Position numbers and translations under genes: made by a program
The notes under the pieces: generated by a model
Database searches by the model: none
What the model was told of the DNA's origin: nothing
The model's input: the letters and a program-made list of their open reading frames with translations, nothing else
In this document: in pieces, positions 7,352-13,997 of the stretch
How the letters are laid out: each line of letters begins with the position of its first letter
Position numbering within the stretch: position 1 is the first letter of the stretch
Source: a bacterium
GTDB taxonomy: Bacteria; RBG-13-61-14; DATKZS01
Direction: 5' to 3'
Assembly (NCBI GenBank): GCA_046484135.1
Contig: JAWOBU010000202.1
Coordinates: 1-13,997 of the forward strand
DNA: 13,997 nt

Positions 7352-8398
7352 ATGGATGATAAAAATAATGTGGCGGTAATAGGGGCAACCGGATACACCG
7401 GCCAAGAGCTTGTAAGACTCCTCCTCGGCCACCCAGGCGTGCGCATCACAAGCATCACCTCCCGCCGGAATACAGGCGAGAACTACGCCGAGCTCTTTCC
7501 ACGCTTTTGGAACTACGAGCTACCCGAAATCGAGAAGTTCGACCCGAAAAAAATCGCGAAAAAAGCCACGCTCGCCTTTATGTGCCTGCCCCACGCCCAG
7601 AGCCAGCAAGCGGTAGCCAAAGCTCTCGAGGCAGGACTTAAAGTGATTGACCTCTCCGCCGACTTCCGGCTAAGAAAACAAGAACTCTACGAAAAATGGT
7701 ACGGAAAGCACAGCCGCCCGGACCTTATCAAAAAAGCCGTCTACGGTATGCCAGAGCTCTACCGCGAAAAGATCAGGAAGGCCGCCCTGGTCGCAAACCC
7801 CGGCTGCTACCCCACCGGCGTTATCCTGGGGCTGGCGCCGCTCTTTCGCGCCGGACTTGCCGACACCGGACACGTGATCGCGGACATGAAGTCCGGCGTC
7901 TCCGGCGCGGGCAGGAAGGAAAGCCTGGCCTTTTCCTACTGCGAGGTCAACGAGGCCATGCGGCCCTATAACCTGTACGCCCACCGCCATACCCCCGAGA
8001 TGGAGCAGGAGCTCTCTATCGCCGCAGGAAAAAAGGTCCGGGTTACCTTCAGCCCCCACCTCGCGCCCATGAACCGCGGCATCCTGGGGACCATCTACCT
8101 TACCCTGACCGGGAAAACCACCGCGGCCGCGCTCCATAAAATCCTCTCCGACGCCTATCAGCACGAGCCCTTTGTGCAAGTGCTGCCGCCTGGAGAATTA
8201 CCCTGCGTCTCCAGCGTCCGCGGGACCAACTTCGTGGACATCGCAGTTACCCTGGCGTCCTCCGGAAAAGAAGCCATTGTCAGCACCGCAGTGGACAACC
8301 TGGTAAAAGGAGCATCCGGAGCCGCACTCCAGAACATGAACATCATGCTCGGAATGCCCGAAGAACAAGGCCTCATGCAAGCGCCCCTCCGGCCCTAA
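7352..8398 (+). CDS. argC: N-acetyl-gamma-glutamyl-phosphate reductase
   Basis: IGATGYTG Rossmann motif, DLSADFRL, ANPGCYPT (catalytic Cys), SGVSGAGR, HRHTPE and DNLVKGASG. Confidence 0.97.
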   Translation: MDDKNNVAVIGATGYTGQELVRLLLGHPGVRITSITSRRNTGENYAELFPRFWNYELPEIEKFDPKKIAKKATLAFMCLPHAQSQQAVAKALEAGLKVIDLSADFRLRKQELYEKWYGKHSRPDLIKKAVYGMPELYREKIRKAALVANPGCYPTGVILGLAPLFRAGLADTGHVIADMKSGVSGAGRKESLAFSYCEVNEAMRPYNLYAHRHTPEMEQELSIAAGKKVRVTFSPHLAPMNRGILGTIYLTLTGKTTAAALHKILSDAYQHEPFVQVLPPGELPCVSSVRGTNFVDIAVTLASSGKEAIVSTAVDNLVKGASGAALQNMNIMLGMPEEQGLMQAPLRP

Positions 8399-8404
8399 TT
8401 TTCA

Positions 8405-8587
8405 GGGTCAGATCTTTACAATTAAGTTTATGCCTTGGAGCTTCGTAGGAAATCCTGAATTTTTTTCATTAAAATCAACTGATACACAGCATCCGACCGT
8501 ATCCGCCAAGACCTCAACTCGCCTCACGATTACCCCAGGAATATAGACTGAAGTCAATCATAAACTTAATTGTAAAGAACTGACCCC
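8405..8587 (-). mobile_element. ~183-bp MITE-like element with 28-bp terminal inverted repeats (module 1)
   Basis: GGGTCAGATCTTTACAATTAAGTTTATG (8405-8432) vs CATAAACTTAATTGTAAAGAACTGACCC (8559-8586), 27/28 complementary. Non-coding interior and no obvious target duplication. Confidence 0.7.
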
Positions 8588-8637
8588 TTTTAAAGCCCTT
8601 GTTTTTAATGGTATAAATAGAATATATACATTTCAGG

Positions 8638-8803
8638 TTGACTTCTGTTCGGGTTTGGGGTACTAATGAGTGCATTCATGACAGATTGGAAATTTTGAGG
8701 CATGTATGGTGCCCAGGAACTCAAGATCACAGGATAACAAACCAGAACGCATAGCCTTGGAGAAAGATCAGGAAAATAAACTTAATTGCAAATATCTGAC
8801 CCC
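8638..8803 (+). repeat. ~166-bp repeat module A (TTGACTTC ... terminus), homologous to 13263-13434
   Basis: Ends in ATAAACTTAATTGCAAATATCTGACCCC (8776-8803; 26/28 to the 13263 terminus). Shares TTGACTTCYGTTCGGG, GTGCATTCATGA, CAAGATCAC and CGCATAGC blocks with module B. Confidence 0.85.
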
Positions 8804-8836
8804 TCTATTCATCCCACGCTACACCGCTATATTATA

Positions 8837-8865
8837 TTGACATGAGCTCTTTTTTGTGGTAAACT
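8837..8865 (+). promoter_or_regulatory. Strong sigma70-type promoter upstream of the sigma factor gene
   Basis: TTGACA (8837-8842)-17 bp-TAAACT (8860-8865), with extended -10 TG at 8857-8858. Confidence 0.7.
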
Positions 8866-9007
8866 TTACTCTTTTATCATTCTTACAGGGACGAAGCGGT
8901 TGAAAAAAAGAATTTTTCCCCTGCCCGGCTCGCGAGCTTAAAAATAAAATGACGAAAACCGGTTTTTTCTGTTGACCTTCCTTAGATGGTACACACATTA
9001 TATATAG

Positions 9008-9037
9008 AGGCGGTCATTAAAAAGGCGGTCATTAAAA
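9008..9037 (+). repeat. Perfect 15-bp tandem duplication
   Basis: AGGCGGTCATTAAAA x2 (9008-9022, 9023-9037). Confidence 0.9.
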
Positions 9038-9303
9038 GGAAGAAGGGCAGGACTAAAATATTTCGGTTCCGGAATGAAAAATTTGCATCTAAGAGTACAG
9101 GCGGGGCTTGATCCCATGAAAGGAAGCGGGTTTAATAGTCTCCTTGAGAAGCAGCAGATTAAAAATTTTTAATGTTTATAAGCGTTTACCAGAAAAGAGG
9201 AAGCGGGAAACGTAACTATGATGTTTTTTCGTAGAAAAAGGCATATTATTTGAAACCCGAAGAGGGGACAACCCGTCACAAACTAAAGAAGTGGTGATGA
9301 TTT

Positions 9304-10494
9304 ATGAAACCGAAGAAGAAAAACTATATTGACGTGGACGAGTTGGAGGACAAGGAAGAACAGCTCCAGGGCGTGGACACCGGCGAGCTGTCAGAGGGTG
9401 AGGCCCCGGAAGAGGCCGAATCCGAAACAGAATCTTCCACGGATTCCAATGGAGATGTCCTGTCCCTGTACCTTCAGGAGATGGACTTGGTGGACCTTTA
9501 CTCCGCGGAGGAGGAGCTCCAGAAGGCTCAGGAGGTCTTTGACGCCAAGCAGGGCGTGATTGACATCTTGAAGCAGTTCTCCTTTGTGGACCAGCCGGCA
9601 GAGGTCACCGAAGCCAAGGTGGCCCAGGCCGAGCACCGGCTTTATACCCACCAGCAGAAGCTCCGCCGGAAGCCGTCCGCCTCGCGGGAGACCAAGAAGG
9701 AGCTGGGCATTCCGGCCAAGGAGGTGGGCAACTACCTCAAGAAGCTCCGGGCGGCCAACAAGAAGCTGGTGGCCAAGCGCAACGAGTTTGTCGAGGCAAA
9801 CCTCCGGCTGGTGGTCAAGATCGCCAACCGCTACCGGAACCGAATCCTCCCGACCTCGGACCTGATCCAGGAGGGAAACCTCGGGCTCATCCGGGCCGTC
9901 GAGAAGTTCGACTACCGAAAGGGGTTCAAGTTCTCCAGCTACGCCACCTGGTGGATCCACCAGTCCATCATCCGGGCCATCGCGGAAAAGAGCAAGCTCA
10001 TCAAGGTGCCCGTCTACCTGAACGACCGCATCCGCAGGCTGGACCGCGAAAGCCGGAGGCTCTCCGTCGAGCTGGAGAAGGAGCCCGCGGTGGATGACTT
10101 GGCCAAATCCATGGGAATGACGGAAAAGGATGTGGTGGGCCTCATCCACATGGCCCGCGATCCCGTGAGCCTCGAGTCCCAGGTGTCGGACATGGAAGAG
10201 ATCGTGCTGGGGGACATCCTCGAGGACACCAGGATTGACCGGACCGACGAAGCAGTGTTCAAGAACCTCCTGTTCGAGGAGATCGAGGACGCACTCCGCA
10301 CCCTGTCTCCCAAGGAGGAGATGATCCTCCGCATGCGCTTCGGTATCGGGATGGAGTCCGAGTACACCCTCGAAGAGATCGGCAACTACTTCAACATCTC
10401 CCGCGAGAGGGTAAGACAGATAGTGGAGAAAAGCCTCAGAAAACTCCGCACCCCCAACCGGAACGAAAACCCGGTCAACTTCGCGACCAACTGA
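9304..10494 (+). CDS. RNA polymerase sigma-70 factor, RpoD/RpoS-like (probably non-primary, group 2)
   Basis: Region 1.2 (DVLSLYLQEM), region 2 (EANLRLVV, DLIQEGNLGL, AVEKFD, FSSYATWWI), region 3 and region 4.2 (TLEEIG..SRERVRQI). No region 1.1, and too divergent in 2.4-3.0 to be the primary RpoD. Confidence 0.92.
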   Translation: MKPKKKNYIDVDELEDKEEQLQGVDTGELSEGEAPEEAESETESSTDSNGDVLSLYLQEMDLVDLYSAEEELQKAQEVFDAKQGVIDILKQFSFVDQPAEVTEAKVAQAEHRLYTHQQKLRRKPSASRETKKELGIPAKEVGNYLKKLRAANKKLVAKRNEFVEANLRLVVKIANRYRNRILPTSDLIQEGNLGLIRAVEKFDYRKGFKFSSYATWWIHQSIIRAIAEKSKLIKVPVYLNDRIRRLDRESRRLSVELEKEPAVDDLAKSMGMTEKDVVGLIHMARDPVSLESQVSDMEEIVLGDILEDTRIDRTDEAVFKNLLFEEIEDALRTLSPKEEMILRMRFGIGMESEYTLEEIGNYFNISRERVRQIVEKSLRKLRTPNRNENPVNFATN

Positions 10495-10517
10495 GCGAAA
10501 AAGAATAATAACCAACA

Positions 10518-10553
10518 AGCGCGGCCCTCGAACAACGGGGCCGCGTTACTTTT
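10518..10553 (+). terminator. Intrinsic terminator of the sigma factor gene
   Basis: Stem-loop CGCGGCCC(T)CG-aacaa-CGGGGCCGCG followed by TTACTTTT, about 25 nt after the stop codon. Confidence 0.75.
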
Positions 10554-11117
10554 ATGGCCGGCTCAGGCCCCCTGTCAAAGACAACCCCCCGCTCCATATC
10601 CGGCGGGCCGGGGATTCAAACGCCGCCCTGAATAAGCCTAGTCTTGCTTTAAGTTACTTTCAAGTCTCATCACTGGGAACCAATTTCCCCTGCGAGAAAA
10701 GTCAGGGGTCTGCGTTACTGGTTCTGAGCTTGGCGTCAAATATGCCTCCGGTCTCGATTGTATATAGTGCAGAATTGTCCTTCCATAATTGTTGAGTCGG
10801 AGTACCAGTTTATAAGAAGCCCACTTATTTTACTTCTTCTCTTCTGATTCTTCTGAAATAACTGGATCACCTTTGTAATGCTCAGGAGCGTAGTCTCGCT
10901 ACCCAAATTTTTCATCATATGGCGACGGCACCATGGTTACGTGTTATCCTGTTTTCACATGCGATGAGCCTGAAAAAGAACAAGCACTGCCAGAGGATGA
11001 TTCCGAGCGGCTGGAACTTCATCCTGAAAATGTATCGTTGTTGAATGGGCCCGGCATTTTCACCAAAAACCGCCGGTGATTAAGAAGGCAATCGAACCGT
11101 CCATACAGGGAGATACA

Positions 11118-11146
11118 TTAACTCCACCGTTATATGATGATAAAGT
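11118..11146 (+). promoter_or_regulatory. Candidate promoter for the P1B ATPase
   Basis: TTAACT (11118-11123)-17 bp-TAAAGT (11141-11146), with TG at 11138-11139. Confidence 0.35.
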
Positions 11147-11202
11147 AAAGGAGAAAGGCGCGGGCGGCAATGAGGCCGAGCCATGAGCAGAAGGAGCGAG
11201 CA

Positions 11203-13245
11203 ATGAAAGACAATGACCATGAAATGAGCAATGCCCACGGGCAACACGGCAACGGCCGCGGGCACGCCGGCCATGACACGGGGAAGAGTCAAGGACATCA
11301 CTCGCATCACGCCCACATGGTGGAAGACTTTAAAAAGCGCTTCTGGATATCTTTGCTCGTCACCGTTCCGGTCTTAGGGCTTTCCCCCGCGATCCAGGAA
11401 TTCTTCGGGCTGAGAGAGGCGCTCGGGTTCACCGGCGACGTATACGTACTGTTTGTCTTCTCCACTTTCATCTTCTTTTACGGCGGCTGGCCGTTCCTTA
11501 AGGGACTCGTTGACGAGCTTGAGAAAAAACAACCGGGTATGATGACCCTGATTGCCCTTGCCATCACCGTGGCCTACGGCTACAGCGGTGTGGTCGTCTT
11601 TTTCATCCCCGGCAAGATTTTTTTCTGGGAGCTGGCCACCTTGATTGACATCATGCTACTGGGCCACTGGGTCGAGATGAAGTCGGTGATGGGCGCTTCC
11701 AGTGCGCTGGAGGAGCTGGCCAACCTCATGCCCTCGGAGGCCCACAAAGTAACTGATGGAGGCGCCACCGAAGACGTGCCCATCAGTGAGCTCAGGAATG
11801 AAGACAGAATCCTTGTCAAGCCCGGGGAGAAAGTTCCTGCCGATGGAGAAGTAATCGAAGGCGAGACCTCTATGAACGAAGCCATGTTAACGGGGGAATC
11901 CAAACCGGTTGAGAAGCGCGCCGGCGAAGCTGTAATCGGAGGGTCTATCAATGGAGAAGGCTCGATAACCGTGGTTGTGAAAAAGACGGGCGAGGAGTCT
12001 TTCCTCTCGCAGGTGATTGACCTGGTGAGAAAGGCGCAGGAGAGCAAGTCGCGCACCCAGGACCTGGCCAACCGGGCCGCGCTCTGGCTTACCGTCATTG
12101 CCCTCGCTGCCGGCGGGATAACTTTCTCGGCCTGGCTCCTGTTCATGGACACGGACTTTGCCTTTGCCTTGGAGCGCACCGTCACCGTCATGGTGATCAC
12201 CTGTCCCCATGCCCTGGGGCTGGCCATCCCATTGGTGGTGGCCGTCTCCACCTCGCTGGCCGCGGCAAAGGGACTTCTCATCCGAAACCGGGCGAGCTTT
12301 GAAAAGGCCAGGGACATCCAGGCCGTGATATTCGACAAGACCGGGACCCTCACCGAAGGAAGGTTCGGGGTGAGCGATGTATTAACCTTGACCGATGACG
12401 TCTCAAGGGAAGAGGTCCTTGAATATGCCGCGTCCGTTGAGTCTCATTCTGAGCATCCTATCGCCCAGGCAATCGCAACCTCAGTTCAAGACCTCCATGA
12501 GATAAAAAATTTCCAATCCATCACCGGCAGGGGAGCACAGGCCACGGTTAACGGGAAACAAGTCAAGGTGGTAAGCCCGGGCTACCTCAGGGAGAATAAT
12601 ATAGATATCTCGGATGAGAGGATTGACAAGCTCAGTTCCGAAGGCAAGACGGTTGTCTTCGTGGTTATGGAAGATGAAGTGAAAGCCGCCATCGCGCTTG
12701 CCGACATCATCAGGCAAGAGTCCAAGGAAGCGGTCACGCGGCTCAAGGAGAAAGGCATCCAGGCCATGATGCTCACCGGGGACAGCGCAAAGGTGGCGGA
12801 GTACGTGGCCCGGGAGCTTGGCCTGGACGATTATTTCGCTGAGGTGCTTCCCGAAGAGAAGGCCGCCAAGGTGAAAGAGGTGCAGTCTCGCGGCCTGGTA
12901 GTGGCCATGGCCGGCGACGGGGTGAACGACGCGCCTGCCTTGGCCCAGGCCGACGTGGGGATCGCAATAGGCGCGGGGACAGACGTGGCCATCGAAACCG
13001 CGGACGTCGTACTGGTCAAGAACAACCCCCTGGACGCGGTCTCGCTCATATCCCTGGCCGGGTCAACCTACAGGAAGATGATCCAGAACCTCGCCTGGGC
13101 AACCGGATACAACGCTTTCGCCATCCCTCTGGCAGCCGGCGTGCTTTTCAAGTGGGGGATCATCTTAAGCCCCGCGGCCGGCGCCGTGCTCATGTCGCTT
13201 AGCACGGTAATCGTAGCTGTAAACGCCAGGCTCTTGAAAGCATAG
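11203..13245 (+). CDS. copB: Copper-translocating P1B-3-type ATPase (CopB-like)
   Basis: His-rich N-terminus, GMMTL, TGES, CPH intramembrane motif, DKTGTLT, SEHP, GDGVNDAP, YN and MSLST. Start placed at ATG 11203 (SD AAGGAG at 11191-11196) rather than 11170. Confidence 0.93.
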   Translation: MKDNDHEMSNAHGQHGNGRGHAGHDTGKSQGHHSHHAHMVEDFKKRFWISLLVTVPVLGLSPAIQEFFGLREALGFTGDVYVLFVFSTFIFFYGGWPFLKGLVDELEKKQPGMMTLIALAITVAYGYSGVVVFFIPGKIFFWELATLIDIMLLGHWVEMKSVMGASSALEELANLMPSEAHKVTDGGATEDVPISELRNEDRILVKPGEKVPADGEVIEGETSMNEAMLTGESKPVEKRAGEAVIGGSINGEGSITVVVKKTGEESFLSQVIDLVRKAQESKSRTQDLANRAALWLTVIALAAGGITFSAWLLFMDTDFAFALERTVTVMVITCPHALGLAIPLVVAVSTSLAAAKGLLIRNRASFEKARDIQAVIFDKTGTLTEGRFGVSDVLTLTDDVSREEVLEYAASVESHSEHPIAQAIATSVQDLHEIKNFQSITGRGAQATVNGKQVKVVSPGYLRENNIDISDERIDKLSSEGKTVVFVVMEDEVKAAIALADIIRQESKEAVTRLKEKGIQAMMLTGDSAKVAEYVARELGLDDYFAEVLPEEKAAKVKEVQSRGLVVAMAGDGVNDAPALAQADVGIAIGAGTDVAIETADVVLVKNNPLDAVSLISLAGSTYRKMIQNLAWATGYNAFAIPLAAGVLFKWGIILSPAAGAVLMSLSTVIVAVNARLLKA

Positions 13246-13262
13246 AGCCGTTTTCGCTTGAC

Positions 13263-13434
13263 GGGGTCAGATCTTTACAATTAAGTTTATTTCCCGATTT
13301 TTGCTCTATTGCTATGCGCTTATGTTTATTTTCCCGTGATCTTGTGTTCCCGGTCGCCATACCCGCTTCAAAATTCCTCTACCATGAATATCATGAATGC
13401 ACTTGTTACTACCACAACCCCGAACGGAAGTCAA
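13263..13434 (-). repeat. ~172-bp repeat module B, inverted homolog of module A
   Basis: Begins GGGGTCAGATCTTTACAATTAAGTTTAT (13264-13290 identical to 8405-8431). Aligns to the reverse complement of 8638-8803 throughout, with about 76/99 identity over the terminal 99 nt by hand count. Confidence 0.85.
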
Positions 13435-13563
13435 TGTCCCGAATGCCGCTAACTTAAGCATGTTCTCTGCGATGGCTCTCGATTAAAGCAGGCATGTAGC
13501 TTACTGAGATTATTGTGTTTTTATAAAAGGTAACATACCGCCACCTTTGAAGTTAGCCATTCC

Positions 13564-13581
13564 ATGGTGTCCCCCGAACTC
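13564..13581 (-). repeat. Isolated GGGGACAC-type terminus-like motif
   Basis: The minus strand reads GAGTTCGGGGGACACCAT, fitting the GGGGWSAS terminal pattern. It is followed on + by a partial duplication (CCCGAACTC / CCCGAGCTC). No partner in the window. Confidence 0.3.
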
Positions 13582-13740
13582 GCCCGAGCTCAAGTTTTCC
13601 TCCGTGCGAGAGACTTCAGTCGCGACAGCTCTCAGTTCCTTAAGCGCAAAAAAAAGCTCTTCTCTCTTACGTCGCGCCGTTGCGTTTATAAAAGCTCGGG
13701 GCATTGACAAAAGGGTTCAGAAGTGCCCGCGGTCATTTCT

Positions 13741-13765
13741 TAAACCTAATTGTAAAGCTCTACCC
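13741..13765 (-). repeat. Degenerate fifth copy of the GGGGTCAG terminus, inverted relative to 13263
   Basis: TAAACCTAATTGTAAAGCTCT-ACCC vs consensus TAAACTTAATTGTAAAGATCTGACCC: two mismatches and one gap. Confidence 0.75.
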
Positions 13766-13833
13766 TCTGGACTTTCGACTTTGAAATAAGGCGGGATTTT
13801 TTTTCCGGGGGCGTGCGACATATTTGGTGGCTG

Positions 13834-13888
13834 TTGTATATAACTTCTTTTTTTGCTATAATTCTGAATGTATAGTAAACATTCAGAA
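13834..13888 (+). promoter_or_regulatory. Sigma70 promoter with overlapping perfect dyad
   Basis: TTGTAT (13834-13839)-17 bp-TATAAT (13857-13862) with extended TG; dyad TTCTGAATGT-N7-ACATTCAGAA (13862-13888). Confidence 0.7.
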
Positions 13889-13900
13889 AGGAGACTGACC

Positions 13901-13997
13901 ATGACTACTGAAAGCAAGCGGCAGAAAAAAGAAGCGGAAGAGTTGATCAATGAGCTGCGACAAATCGGGGAATTCAGGAAAGGCTCGCTGAATTCGG
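13901..13997 (+). CDS. Partial ORF (N-terminus), resembling DUF6788-type IS accessory proteins
   Basis: SD AAAGGAG (13887-13893); MTTESKRQKKEAEELINELRQIGEFRKGSLNS is open to the window end. The helix followed by 'G.FRKGSL' recalls DUF6788, but only 32 aa are visible. Confidence 0.55.
   Translation, partial: MTTESKRQKKEAEELINELRQIGEFRKGSLNS

Larger units (their letters stand above)
13809..13997 (+). mobile_element. Probable left end of an insertion sequence (ISKra4-like), truncated by the window edge
   Basis: GGGCGTGCGACATATTT (13809-13825) resembles ISKra4-family termini as I recall them, and is followed by a promoter, dyad, SD and small ORF. The transposase and right end are not visible. 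Confidence 0.45.

Noticed and set aside
8706..8804. Conserved peptide in modules A and B (MVPRNSRSQDNKPERIALEKDQENKLNCKYLTP vs MATGNTRSRENKHKRIAIEQKSGNKLNCKDLTP at 13360-13262)
   Set aside because: Both frames are open, but most of the ~23 differences are non-synonymous and the stops lie outside the repeat, so there is no sign of protein-level selection.
8972..9004. CueR/MerR-type copper promoter (TTGACCTTCC)
   Set aside because: Only the left half-site matches; the right half, its spacing and a -10 at 19 bp do not fit.
9239..9254. Sigma54 promoter (AGGCATATTATTTGAA)
   Set aside because: The -12 element reads GA rather than GC and the -24 lacks TGG; too weak to call.
3386..10518. Long antisense ORFs (3386-4255, 4752-6026, 7670-8179, 9391-10518; also 11580-12353)
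   Set aside because: Shadow frames of GC3-rich genes with clear family motifs on the opposite strand.
11170..11202. Upstream start for copB at 11170
   Set aside because: ATG 11203 has an optimally spaced AAGGAG; 11170 is less well supported, though not excluded.

Overview
GC-rich bacterial chromosomal window; a deltaproteobacterial-type host is only an impression from protein style. It has nine complete CDS: a Zn-finger pRiA4b-ORF3-like protein, a 2-TM membrane protein, a Zn-ribbon rhomboid protease, mannose-1-phosphate guanylyltransferase, a long-type acyl-CoA dehydrogenase, a Zn-ribbon/LITAF-like membrane protein, argC, a group-2-like sigma-70 factor and a CopB-type P1B ATPase. A probable IS left end with a partial ORF sits at the right edge. 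The genes are mostly ordinary; the intergenic DNA is the unusual part. (i) A 25-28 bp GGGGTCAGATCTTTACAATTAAGTTTAT terminus occurs five times and belongs to three ~170-180 bp modules that each carry a TTGACTTC promoter-like motif. Two modules are homologous and bracket the sigma+copB block in inverted orientation. (ii) A perfect 20-bp inverted repeat encloses a transposase-free two-gene cassette (174-1835). (iii) A ~40-nt motif occurs three times; one copy starts a structured, terminator-containing leader that partly resembles a glycine riboswitch. No tyrosine transposase is encoded in the window, so all mobility claims are inference. All alignments were done by eye.
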